A stretch of 59,414 bases of DNA, filler included, from Basidiobolus ranarum (Eukaryota), in assembly GCA_040143965.1 (NCBI GenBank). It is 7 parts of 7 records of this genome, joined end to end, with 100 filler letters (N's around TTAATTAATTAA, not from the genome) between each part and the next. Parts side by side here need not be neighbours in the genome. Positions count along the whole stretch, not along the records: positions 1 to 8,428 come from JASJQH010007846.1; positions 8,529 to 16,944 come from JASJQH010007847.1; 5 more parts are not named here. One strand, given 5' to 3'. A program made the translations under genes and the position numbers. The notes under the pieces are model-generated. The model did no database searches. It saw nothing but the letters and a program-made list of their open reading frames with translations, and had not been told where the DNA came from. Below are positions 1 through 12,553 of the stretch, one piece after another (position 1 is the first letter of the stretch; each line of letters opens with the position of its first letter).

Positions 1-1
1 A

Positions 2-320
2 AAATCATTATTTGAGTGGGGGAGGGCGCGATCGCTATCGATGAATCGAAACGACGCGGGCGACGGTTTGCAGGCGTACAATCGATTCCGGTAAGAATGC
101 ATCGTAATTCTCTTCAGTTCTAATATTATGCTGACACTTTCCAGTGACGAGATCAAAGCGTTCTTAGAGCCATATGCTGCATCTGGCAAAGTTGTCACAG
201 CGAATGATATTGAGAAGTTCTTTCAGGTATTTGATGATCGAAGTCCATTTTCAGTATAAGGGCAATTGTATTGACGTCTATGAATTGCAGGAAAAACAAT
301 TGGAAAGAGTAATTCAGTAA
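2..320 (+). CDS. 3' end of an unidentified spliced gene, truncated by contig start
   Basis: GT-AG introns 91-144 and 227-290 join an open frame KSLFEWGRARSLSMNRNDAGDGLQAYNRFRDEIKAFLEPYAASGKVVTANDIEKFFQEKQLERVIQ*. Family not recognised. Confidence 0.55.
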
Positions 321-1322
321 GTCTATCACGCTAATGGTTTAGTGAGTGCAGAGCCATCTTTTGGCCATTCTTGGGCAATTTCCATGAGAATAGCTAGTAT
401 GAAAGGAAATTTGTGAAGGAGCGTATGAATGCTCTTTAAGAATAGATCCTGGTCAATGAATAAAATCTATCATTAATTGTTAATAGGATTTAGTGAGTTG
501 TTGCTTTCTTTATTACTGTTAACCGGGATGTCATGGTTCTCAGTATTCTACACTTTATCCTCTGATAGAGACGCCGGGAACTAGGAAGCATTAATATAGT
601 CTCAGCCAGCAGTTTGAAGTTGGATTGATGCTTGGTGTGATTGGCTTGTTCTGATGATACTGTATATAGAAATATATTTGATGTGGATCTCCATGGTATG
701 CAATATCTTTAACAAAGTGAAATTATTTCGATTGAATCCTGAATGACTGCACAGTTGATAAGGCCTTGTATAGAGTGTAGGGGAGGTGGAACATGTTAAA
801 CTAGTCTAGAAACCCTAAGTGAAAACACACAATCAAGTTCAAGTCCACAGTCAAGACTTACTATGAGCTACAATGCATTGATTTCCATCACAAGAGAGAG
901 AAGTCCTCTAAACAATAAAAGAAATTGCCATTCTGTTACTCACTCGTAAAGCTACTAAGAGTGCTATAGTCCCGCGAAAGAAGTGGTAAGTAATTGCAAC
1001 ACAAAGTGGTCTGTGAACGCAATAGATCAATAGACAAAATACCTGGAAAACATTATGTCAAGTGGGAATGAGCCATCCAAATACTAAACAAATTCCGATC
1101 TTTCAAATTTAAAAAAACCAAATGAATAATGTGACGTTTCCCGTAGTAGATATTAATGAAATAACTAGAGCATTGATGTTTAGGTTAGATTTGTTTACAT
1201 TAATTGAGAAAACAAATCGAACCCAATATTGCTCTTGCTTTTTTCTTTACTCCCTTTCAGCAAAAAAAACATTTTGAAGTAGTTTCTTTTTAAAGCTAGT
1301 AGCGAGGATATATACATCGAAC

Positions 1323-4280
1323 ATGTCTAGACGACTATCAGATGCTTCAACCGCAATTTCGTCGTCAGTTAAGGAGGATCGTCCTATATGTAATGTTGAC
1401 TTTCTTTAGCAATTGGACTGAACTATATATTGACACATTATGTGCCTGAATTAAATTTAACCAGTTCGACAAAATTACCCTTCAACTCCTTTTCTTGAGC
1501 CTACTTCCCAATTCGTAGATGCCAAGGTATGCACACTTCTATTGCTAAGATTGAGTGATTTACAGTATTAAGCAAAGCTTAAAGTTTGTAGAAAATACCG
1601 ATATAAGCCAATATCAGCTAGAGCTGCAAGAATATTATATCATCCAAGACCTATTATTTGTTTTAATGGTAAGATTCATGAAGGTATATTCCAGATGCAG
1701 TAAGTCTTTGCTAACATGAACTATAACCAAATATAGGGTGTTGATGGGAAATTTATTCAGTTGGTAGAAATCAAACCAGTTGAAATCAACTTGTTACCTC
1801 GTGCAGAATGTCAAATCGAAGATTCTTTAGGTACAAACGTTTATTCAATACAGCCTGCTGTTAATTCTATTTAGTTACTAATCCTCTTCGATAGATGCAT
1901 CATTGTGCAGTCTCGTTAAAGAAATCACTCCTTTAGTTACCTATCATAGTACCATTAATAGTTTCCTAGAAAGTTATTCTCAATTTGACCGAGGGCGTAT
2001 CAATCACGCATTGTGTGCAGTAATTCGGAATTTACTCAAGGTTCGATTCATGAATAGGTCTCGACACAAAACAAGAATTATACTTACTACATTTTCTGTA
2101 GGAGTATTCACTTCTGATTGTTCAACTTGAGCATCAATTTCGTGCCTCTTCTTCCTTCACCCTTCAAAAACTTCGCTCTCATGTGTTCCCAAGCATCCAA
2201 ACGATGACTATTCTTCACTCATTGGTCGTGAAGATACACTCTGAAGTTAAGAGAAAGAGCCAAGGAACTTTGGCATATCCTAAAGGACATACTGTTCTCG
2301 ATGTCATCGCAAAAAGAATGCTCAGCACTAGCGGGTAAATGATAATGTTCAAATATGTGAGTGACTACGTCAATGAATTGCTAAACACAATGCTATATAG
2401 TGATCCTGGAGCTAAGCAACTTATTGCCCATTTACTGGCTAAAGCATCTGTACCATATTTTGAAATGCTATTATCCTGGATTAATTCTGGAAATCTCCGC
2501 GACCCATATGGCGAGTTTATGGTGAAGATTCGCGATGCTAAGCAATTGGATAGCAAATATGACGTGAACGATACATATCCTTCTGTTTTATCATCGATGC
2601 CAAATGATAATTCAATTTACCAATAATGTCCTTAACTTTTACTTACATTATGGGAAAAACAGTACGTATTCAGAGATGGAAGAATTCCATCGTTTCTTGA
2701 GCCTTACAAGGAGAAGATATTACTAGCTGGAAAATATCTCAACATCATTAAGCGCTGTAACATCTCTGTGGATAAAGCCCATCGACACGAGATTTTGAAG
2801 AATCAACAGTTTGAGCTAATAGAAGGTCTTGGGGATATCTTACGTGCCATGGGGGGCGGAAAGTAAGCATTAAAACCATCACCATCACCACTAAATATTC
2901 ATAGTTTCTTATATTTCTCTTGGTTAGATATATCCGCGATATCGAGGAGGCCTATCAATACTCAAATCGCCTTTTGCTTGATTATTTGACCGAAAACAAG
3001 AGCCTTCTTAGTCGGTTGAGGTGAGGTCTCTGTCTTCAACTCTCTGGAAATTTAAACTAACTTGTGCCGTTTTTTCAGATCTATCAAACGCTACTTTTTC
3101 TTGGATCAAGCGGATTTCCTCACCCATTTTTTGGATTTAGCAGCAGATGAACTCAAAAAAACTCATCGCGAGGTCTCTTATTCCAAATTGCAGGTGCTGT
3201 TAGATCTGGTGCTAAGAACCCCATCCTCTACTGCATCTAGTGACCCTTACAAAGAGAAATTGAAGGTAATGAAGTTGGGTCACATATCAACACCGAACTT
3301 GGCTGATTTCAAAAACTCGGTTGGAGATGTGGAGGGTGAGCTACAAAGACAAGTTGCGGGGATGACTGAGGATGCCAGCAGTAAGTTCCCTATATGTTGA
3401 TTTTGTGCAACTTCTGTATCTAAATCGGCACGTATTTTAAACCAGAAACCGGATACGATGTGCTTACGTTCGGCTATGATGTGGACTTCCCATTTTCTCT
3501 TGTAATCACGCCACGAACCATAGCCAAATACCAGCAAGTATTCCGACATTTACTGAAGCTTAAAAGAGTTGAACAACTACTCTCTCGTACGTGGGGATTA
3601 TCACGACAGATGTGGAAAACCATCCCCTCCAACGAATATCCACTTTTGATGAGAATTTACGCTCAATGTGGGAAAATGCTGTGTTTTGTCCAACAAGTTA
3701 TTTATTTCTTGGCCATCGAAGTTCTGGAGCCTAATTGGCAAGCATTAGAAAAACAACTAGCAAAGGTAAATACCTTGATTTTTTAGTGATTTGCTGTGGA
3801 ACAAGAGAACTTAGCCTAAATATTAATGTTAGGTTACAACTATCGATGAAGTGCTTCAATGCCACAATGATTATGTCGAAAGCTGTGTTCGTGAATGCAT
3901 GGTGGATAGCTCTAACCCTAGCCATAGTGAAGTAAGTTGCATAGATGTCTCTTGTCATCTCCGTTTATAGTGACTGGAACCATGCTCACAATCTTTTTTA
4001 GTTACTCTACAAAATATTGGATATCTGTACAAGATTTACGATCTCTGCTGATCGGATTATAAGACGCTTCAAGAATCCATCTAGACGCTCAGAGCCTTTA
4101 GAGAAAGCTCAGATACCTAAAGACGTTCAATCCTTAAACAATTCAGAGAAGCTATTTCACATCCATCTGGGTAAATTCTTAGATGGTCTTGATGTTCATG
4201 GCTCTGGAACCGCAAAACTACAGGCTCTGGCCGTGCGCCTAGATTATAATATGTATTATTCCAAATCCGCAAACGCGTGA
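1323..4280 (+). CDS. GCP2: Gamma-tubulin complex component 2 (GCP2/Spc97/Alp4), multi-exon
   Basis: Exon peptides QEYYIIQDLLFVLMGVDGKFI, ASVPYFEMLLSWINSGNLRDPYGEFMV, IPSFLEPYKEKILLAGKYLNII, SIKRYFFLDQADFLTHFLDLA, YDVDFPFSLVI..YQQVFRHLL and LAVRLDYNMYY are typical of GCP2. Many short GT-AG introns plus one AT-AC intron. Confidence 0.92.
2575..2646 (+). other. U12-type (minor spliceosome) AT-AC intron in GCP2
   Basis: 5' site ATATCCTT (2575-2582), branch point TCCTTAAC (2629-2636), 3' AC (2645-2646). Removal restores the frame DVNDT|LWEKQYVFRDGRIPSFL. Confidence 0.9.
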
Positions 4281-4399
4281 ATTAGATTACTCCATCTCGT
4301 ATAAATACCTATCTCTACTGTCTTCTACTTGAGATGGGTGATTGTTCTCTCACTTCATTGCACTAAAGCAATTATTCATTTGTCCTGCTTCTGTACAAT

Positions 4400-6180
4400 A
4401 AAATGACTCTCCTCAGCTATCCTGGACTTTTGAATCATGTTTGTTGATCATGTACATGCGATCCTGAGCAATCCCAGAAGTTTGAGAGTCGAATTCTAGC
4501 TCTCAACTGGGATCAGTCTTGTTAGACTGGAAAGAGGTTTCTTCAAACAGTGTAGAGAATACAAGGGGGATTCAATTGCGAGTTGTGTTCCATCGTGATA
4601 AGGATTACTCCAAATACTCGGGAATTTCTGACCAACTGCGAGATACTCGCTTGTAAGCCACGAGTTTTCTAGATGATGTGAGATACTATTTGATGTGCTC
4701 CAGTTTGCAAACTATAAAGCATGATGGTTTCTCGAAGAGCTTTATGTATGTATACTTTATACGTTATGGTAGACTAAAAGCCCATTAAGATGAATGAAGA
4801 AGTTAGGGTACCTCCGCGGTGTTCGAGGTTTGAAGTTAGAACTGCAGGTTGTGGCTACTGCAGCTACCACATTTATTGGAGACATGTACGTATGAGATCA
4901 GATCCGCATGAACAAGTAGCCATGTTGAAGGCGAGATATTAAATGAAATTGAGTTTGGCTACAGTTGGTCAGAAATGAGGTTTTCATATGGGAGATTGTT
5001 CAAGTGATAGTACTTCCTATTCAAGAACAAGCGATGTGGTATGTGCATTAAGATAGACATCGGATCGGGTACCATTCACAACAGAGGGAAAAGGGGAGGT
5101 AAGTAACTATAAAAACTTAACTGCGCGTTCCAAGAGGTTGGTGACTCATACCCAAGAACTCCCTTTTAGATTTAGCTACTTTCCCTAATCCATTCAAATG
5201 CTGAGCCTCAGAATGTGGTGGACATTAGTGCGGATGATCTGCTTTTGGCCCACTTTAGCTACCTCAAAGATAGTGCTCCAAGACCCCTATCCGCAAAATC
5301 TGATATGGGGATCCCAATCCTTAGGTAAGTCATCGGAATCAAATGTTTAAGCAGTGAACAGTGTTTAACAAGAATAATCGAACAGGCATCTGTGCTGGCC
5401 CGACTAAAATTAAATGGTATTTGTAAGCCTTCATTATCTCTCCCATTACCAGTAGAAAAAGCACTGATTTCGATTTCTAGTTCGCGAGCTTTAGAATGTG
5501 TAAGAAGAATTGGATACGAAACAAATGAGTTTGGCTTGTGCCGTGAGTCAGGAGAAGTAAGCAACTCTAAAGAAATCCAATTTTAGAAAATACCCCTTAA
5601 AGTTTATCATTATTTTACTTGTTTAGCTCGGTACTTCTTGTGGTGGAGTTCGGATAAACCCGAGAACCTTGGGTATATATCGTGCATCAACTAACTGTAA
5701 GCTTGGTCTGTCATGCAAACAAAGTCGCCGGTTCCCAAATATTCCTGGGAAATGTATGCCAGTCATTTAGTCCCAATACATTGGCCTCATTCATGAGCCT
5801 TATAAACCAATGGGCCCTCAATGCTGCTTTTGGTAAGCGTTGGTACTTTACTACTAAAGCTGGAGAATATTCTGCTACGCTCACAACGTGAATGGAAATA
5901 ATTTTAATCATAACTTTCATATCTTCCTTACTCACTCACCTCCATCCCTCTTAGTCATGCCTCAAGTTGATATTTTTTAAAGGCCTGATATGTACAAGCA
6001 TTATCATGGCTCTAGCCATCTAGCTGTTAATATCCCATGCCTCAATTTGAGATATTCTGTAACAAGTTGCTTTTTGACAGTCTTGGTTATCAAAAGGGAA
6101 TCCCATTTTCAAAATGATTAATTCCTGTCGGATAAATCCACCTGCAAGTCACTTAAGCGAGAAAAAGAAGGAAGCATGTA
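4400..6180 (-). pseudogene. Possible decayed multi-exon gene, unidentified
   Basis: Protein-like segments (ORFs 5711-5935, 5259-5564, LENSWLTSEYLAVGQKFPSIWSNPYHDGTQL) flanked by splice-like signals but broken by stops and frameshifts. No family recognised; boundaries approximate. Confidence 0.3.
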
Positions 6181-8428
6181 GGTTATTTTAAAGACAAATT
6201 AGTTTGTTGATGACATGTGTGGATGTGATCAAGAAATGAGATAGCTTAGTTAAAAAGCTTGGTTCTGTTTGATTCGCTTTATGATAATGTAACGCATGTT
6301 TCTACCAAACATAAATTCCTCATTATATACGTCTAGTTTTACTGTTGACATTCGCTTGAATGCTTTTCTATGAGTGTCTAATTTTAATTTTAGTTTGTCT
6401 AATATTTTTTGCAATCGTCTAATTTTAGGTTAAAACCCTGTAGAGCGTGTGTAACGACGAGTAGCCATCAGTATGATAATAGAGATTAGGGGGCATATTT
6501 AATGACGAATGTTGAGTCATATTGTGATTTGTGAAGTTCTTTTTTAACTACTATTACCTTGATGATTATTTTGTGACATAAACTACTGAACTCTCCCTAT
6601 AGGGAGGGAGGTTAGTTTGGCCATTATGCTGTGTAATTAATCTCATTCTTTATACTTTCAACTCTGTTACGCCTTCAATATCTTCTGGAAAACCCTACAA
6701 TATTGATATTTTAAGTATTTCACTTTTGGTTACCTACCTAGTGTTCAAAATTCATGCCTTTGAGACTCTTCTCACTTTACAAGAAAGCCATAACACATAG
6801 TCATGAGTCGAAAGATGAGTTCGCTCATCCCAAAACGTGTTAAAGATACATAAATATTTTAACTGTAGGCATTTTGATACTTGTCTGGCTTGCACCACAT
6901 AGCTGACATCTTTTCGTACAATGTAGAAAATTCAGTTTTTCAAGTGTAAGAAAATATCATATGGCATATGTTGCTAGTGCCAATGGTTCATTGATAATGT
7001 GGTACCATCTATTATCGGTCAAGAAGTGACGTTAGAAGCCGAGTCATTGATGATTCTAGGTACAGTTAGTAGCGACAGTACCGGCTTTCAAGCGTTTTTT
7101 CAAATCATTGTTCTTCACCTATGAGCCACACACATTAGGTTAGTACTATGCTCCGGAAAAAACCATTGTTTACGATCCTAGCAGCGATAAACCACGGCCC
7201 AGACTTGATCGTGATAACTGTAAAGATCAGGCGGTTATGGTGAAGAGTCAAAAAATTTTGCTACTAGTGCATAACTTGATGCTGCAGGCACCGTGTTGAT
7301 CTTTGTAATCATTCAAAACGCTGGTCTTGATTTTCAAGCATTGTAGGAATAATTTCCAGTATTTCGGACTGTAGCATTATCACTCCACTATTATCAATAA
7401 ATTACATTCCATCTTTTATTCATTACGTAGATTACATTTGAGACGCTTTAATGGAGAGTGATTCTTTTTGGTAGTAATGCATAATTTAGAAGAGATTCCA
7501 GTACTCTGGCGCATCTGCTGAGTTGATATTGTGCTGGTTCTTCGCCACATGCTCCGATCACTTTCATCCAACCTGCAGAGAATATCAACGCTCCGCTTTA
7601 GAAGTAATCTAACCTTGCACGCAATAAAATAGAGACCAGTCCATCCATGTCACGATGACCTCATTGACTCTTTCAGTACCTGGAATGAGCTGGCTATTGT
7701 AATTCTTAATGCTTCGCCTTGTTTAGGGGTTAGATATTTATAGGGGATCCAATAGAACCAGTGGATATGGATTGGCTACTGGAATTGTCATGCTGGCTAA
7801 CCCTTGGGAGTATCTCACATCCAAATCTAGTCCGACTCGGCTGATCAGTATTCGTTGAATATGAACTAATGAACGGTTGCTTAGTATTCATTTGATTATC
7901 CTGCACCTAGATCACGGACTGCAACACCGGTGCGTATTGGCCACCCCTGTGGGTGATGAATGGTGTGTGGATTACCGTCTGAAGAGTGCTCATAAACGTA
8001 TGGAAGTACATGCGAAGTAGTTTCGGCTGGATGCTCCTCACAATCAGAGTCAATTAAGTTAAATTAATTATCCAGAGTGCTATACTGGCCGATGGCTGAA
8101 CGGGAGTTACTTGCATAAGGCCATCTTTCAAGGCCATACTCAAGTGACTCTTCTAAAGATGCTATATTTGTATCCTGTTCCATAATTAGCGTGGACTTCG
8201 GGTATTCTTCGCCACGCAATAATCTGGATTTCCTAGGCTACCCACTAATGGCCAATAAATAAATGCCTGACTAAGCATTCCCATCTTACTCCTCCATGCT
8301 ACCAAACCAAATCATCCGAATTCCCATCGGACTTTACCAAAGCGACTCTCCATAGCCAAGATCCGTACGGGTGGAGTTTGCGAGACTGAACACAGGTTGG
8401 ATCTGAATTGAATTTCTATGTAAACAAA

Positions 8429-8528
8429 NNNNNNNNNNNNNNNNNNNNNNNNNNNNNNNNNNNNNNNNNNNNTTAATTAATTAANNNNNNNNNNNNNNNN
8501 NNNNNNNNNNNNNNNNNNNNNNNNNNNN
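8429..8528. other. Artificial contig-joining linker
   Basis: 44 N + TTAATTAATTAA (stops in all six frames) + 44 N. Confidence 0.97.
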
Positions 8529-8753
8529 TGACTCGTTTCAACATATCTGATGTTACGATAGAGTGAACATTGATCTATAGTCACAATATCACTCGCATTT
8601 GACAGTTTCAAGAATGTCATAAGCCATAGGTGTTTCAAAAGGATAGTTTCACTATTTTACCACGTCTTCCTTCCTAAAATTATATATATAATTGCTTGTG
8701 AGTGAAAGCTAGTAGTGCAGTTCAGGAATAAACTGAATTTGTATCTTCTATTG

Positions 8754-9272
8754 ATGGGTCGGTCAACTTTATTCATCGGATTGGCACTTCTGCTATGCCT
8801 CAGCGGGTACACTTATGGGCAGTTTGTCACTTCCGGTTGGACCGGCCCTCCCCCCTTCAATTTCAATCCTCCTTTAACATGTCCGGATACACTTGTGACA
8901 AACATCACTTACATTGATAATATGGGTTGTGCAAGAATTCGTGTATCTGATGATGGTCTCTTTATACCTTGCTGCGAATTGAAAGAACGGTGCTATGGTA
9001 CTTGTGGCATGACAAAATTATTGTGCGAAGAGCAATTTCGGTATTGTATGCACACTTTATGTCCAGTTTATTTTAGAAGACATCCAGATCGTGGAAATCC
9101 AGGACGATGTGCTCAGTTCTGGGGTAGGATGGGCGGCCAGGGCCCCTTTGAATGGAAGTTATCTCAAGCAAAAGATTTCTCTTGTAGTGCGTTTGAATCT
9201 GCGCAACTTAGGAGTCGCTGCACTGTAGAATATTCTACCCCATATGGAATTGCAAAGAAAAAAGCTTACTGA
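8754..9272 (+). CDS. Secreted group XII phospholipase A2-like protein, catalytic dyad substituted
   Basis: Signal peptide MGRSTLFIGLALLLCLSG. CCELKERCYGTCGMTKLLCEEQFRYCMHTLC follows the PLA2G12 spacing CCxxHDxCYxTCGxxKxxCDxxFxxCLxxxC. Intronless. Confidence 0.8.
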   Translation: MGRSTLFIGLALLLCLSGYTYGQFVTSGWTGPPPFNFNPPLTCPDTLVTNITYIDNMGCARIRVSDDGLFIPCCELKERCYGTCGMTKLLCEEQFRYCMHTLCPVYFRRHPDRGNPGRCAQFWGRMGGQGPFEWKLSQAKDFSCSAFESAQLRSRCTVEYSTPYGIAKKKAY

Positions 9273-9595
9273 TATGACTTAATAAAAATATTTACTTTCG
9301 TCATGGTATTAGTCAAGGTTACCCTATAATATCAGGCTTTATTGGAGTGGTTTTTCACTTGTGTCCAAGAGTATTTTGAGTAATAATGGTATATCATACA
9401 ATTTGGTCTAACTTGTCTTGTTGATTGCATCATTTATTCTAGTAAACGTGATGGATCCAGAGCTGCTTGATTTGAGCATCGATCATAGTTAGGATAGTTT
9501 TGGGTTTAGTTTACGTACCTAAGATATATTCTGAAGTATTTCTGAATGTACAAGTCACTGTAAAGTTGGATGATATTAGGAGCAACACAAGTTGC

Positions 9596-10227
9596 TTATT
9601 TCCATGGCTTTTTCTCGACATAAACATCGGTGGCCGGTTTGACGTCCTCTCTTTTTGTTGTCATAGAAACACCAGCAGTAGCAGTTAGGGCAATTATAGT
9701 GATAGCTTGGGCGTACATTCTAGCCTGTACGAGTTTTTGTGTAAACGTCATGTATTTTTGTCGAGAAAGGTAGAGCATAGAAATACTCATTCCAATCGCC
9801 CAGGTACCCCCAATAATACTGTACCGATGCTCAGCAATAAATTCTGACATAGAAGGAGCGGGCTCGGATTGAGTAACTACGTGCTCGTGCAAAATAGGGG
9901 CCATGTGCTTGGAAGGAATACTGGCCCTTACATGTCTATCAAATGTATGATATGCTCTCTCTCCATTAATTACTGCACCAGCGATGACAGCTGTAAAAGA
10001 TAATGACAAGAGTCAACAATACCGCTTAAGTTCCCTATCATACAAGCTCACATACCTGAACCGACCCAAAATGCTTTTAAAGGGACTGATAGAGTATTCA
10101 ACTTAGGGGCGAACTTGGGGCTCAAAAGTAAACCTATCCCACCTATAGCCAGCCCAGCGAGGCCGCCTGCTGCAGCACCCTTAACAGCGGAATCCCTGTA
10201 GCCTTCTAATTTCAAGTCAGAGGACAT
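9596..10227 (-). CDS. RCF2: HIG1-domain mitochondrial protein, respiratory supercomplex factor 2-like
   Basis: Two exons (intron 9991-10055). EHRYSIIGGTWAIGM...TFTQKLVQARMYAQAITI is the Rcf2-type HIG1 domain; N-terminal TM region present. Confidence 0.85.
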
Positions 10228-12553
10228 CGTATGCACGGAAATTATGAGTGTATATTAGTATGTAAGTAAATTCGTTCCTGTAGGAATTGTCGGCACTATT
10301 TATATCTTCCAGTATCCAATTATTATGTAGATTACTACTGGAATAGCTTACTCCCCACATGATATCACATTACTCGATCTTTGCTGACGAGTGTATGAAC
10401 GTAAATTACTTCATAGAACAGGTGCCAAGTATGCTGATTTAATCGAATCTTTTTGCTGCTAGATCGATGAAGCAATTAGGTGTTGAAAGGGTTTAAAATG
10501 TGACTCATAAGACTGGAAAATGCAGAAAACCATCCACAATATTAGTGGTAATTTTTCAATTGAAGAACGGGTTTCTGATTGCTAATCAATCTTGTTCAGT
10601 TGGGTGTATTAGCCAGTCTTCAAAAGAGTTATTTTAAAACATTCACTTCTCAACTTATTGCCATTTCGATAAGCATTACCGAGCAATTTGTATGCTGAAA
10701 TCCTTTCAGATGTGTCATCCACATTCATCAGGTATCATTGGTGCAGGTGTCATCAAAATAAGGAGCCATTAACAACGTTGCCTATCTATCAAGTATTTAC
10801 AGCAGGGCATTCAACTGCGGCATATGGGATGCCTTGCTAGTGAGTTCGGAGAAGTTCGTAAGAGATTGGTGACAGCCACTTGGTCTTGGATACTTCATGT
10901 GGCCTTCGATGTTGCAAAAAGAAAGCACGATTTATCAGATCACCAGGCCAAATGGTAGAATACCCTGTAGAGTCCAATTCTTGCATTGCTGTTGTATGCA
11001 ACTCTTTTCCAAATGATTATTTCAGTGATTTACTGGTTTATATCAAATAGTTACTGAATGAGACCTAAATTACCGTTCATAGATGCATGCAGGGACATGA
11101 CTTACTGCTCGAAGTATAAACATCCGAAAAAGTGGGAGAAAATCATGGAAGGCGCTTGGAGATATTAAATAACACCTTATTTCAGAACGAGTACGAGCTT
11201 GTATAGGTAGCTGATGATATGTGCTTATTATGGGGGGTTGGAATTCACTGTTAACCCGGCGCGGATCAATTTTCTAGCCATGAGATAGGCTAGATCTTGA
11301 TAGTTGCATGGGTTATATTTGGTCTAATTATATGGCGGAAGCTTAGTACTTGGATGCAGAGTAAGAAAACTTTCTATTATGCTTTTATCCCAATGAACCA
11401 ACACCACCTGCTATAGCCATGACGCTATATAGTAGCCAGCACTCAGCTCTACTCTCTGCTAATATAGTCTCAACATGACTACGTCATCGCCAAGCCCAAT
11501 ATGATGCGTACATATGCACTAGTGATTTCTCAATCTCTCTCGCCCAAATCACCTCCCATTTATAGCTTGACTATACAACCAATACATCCTCTAACCATCG
11601 CTTCCATATCTGAATGGGGGTTCTTGTGCGAACGATGGATTCGCCAGATAGTGTATTTTGGCCCAAGAGATAACATCGCCATGTCTTTGTTGGGCGTTGT
11701 GCTGGGCTTGAACTATGTTATTAGCACTCGAGTACTGAGTGTAAACTTAGATATAGGATAGAGACGAATTGGTGCATCCATATTCCCATCACAACTAAGC
11801 CTAATGTATATTTATAAACTGAAATTATAATTCCGATTTCCATGATAGTAATCATTTATCGAGATGATCAGCCCCGGCCCATTATAATAAAATCTAGTTA
11901 CTAATCCAGTAATATTTCGTTAGTGAGGGTTAGTTGGAAAATCTCTCTGTTCTGTGAATGCACGCCATTCTACCCCTCCAATAAGAAATGTTAAAATAAC
12001 CTCCGATTAGAATGTGGAAAATACGGACAATGTCAGTAAATCAAACGGTCCATTGAACTCAAGCATATGTTCTAAGATCCATCTCATTGCTAGTATTGGT
12101 AGCTTCCACTACAGTCTTGTTGAATAGTATACGCATACACAGCAGCAGATTAAAGTTCGCGAACTTGAGCATATGATGGCTTGTCGATGGTCCGTGTTGA
12201 TAGGGTATTCCGAGTTAGTTTGCATGCTTGGGGACTGACACAAACAAGTTAGCATCAAACTGTAGTCTCTTTTTCCTAACCTCGACCGCATATTATTGTG
12301 ACACAAACATATGACGAACTATTATGATGCAAGCTACATGTATATTTATATTAGCACTACCTATTTCAATTCATTTGATCACTATTTGTATGTTGATGCA
12401 GATATGTAGATAAATATAATTATTATATATGGGAAAGGTTTCACTTGGATCGCTTCAGTGTAATTGATATTCTGAGACAGATCTTTCTGGTCAATGAGTT
12501 TATTTAGCAAATAGATTTTTTTCTGGTAAAAATGATCCATCAAATATATGGCT

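Noticed and set aside
6593-6606. Perfect palindrome CTCCCTATAGGGAG
   Set aside because: Isolated, with no second copy or functional context.
7500-8428. Possible degenerate LINE tail on the minus strand (GSWLWR-like peptide)
   Set aside because: No RT or intact zinc-finger motif could be traced; too weak to call.
8473-8484. Recurrent TTAATTAATTAA motif as a biological element
   Set aside because: Always centred in N runs of fixed length; it is an assembly linker.
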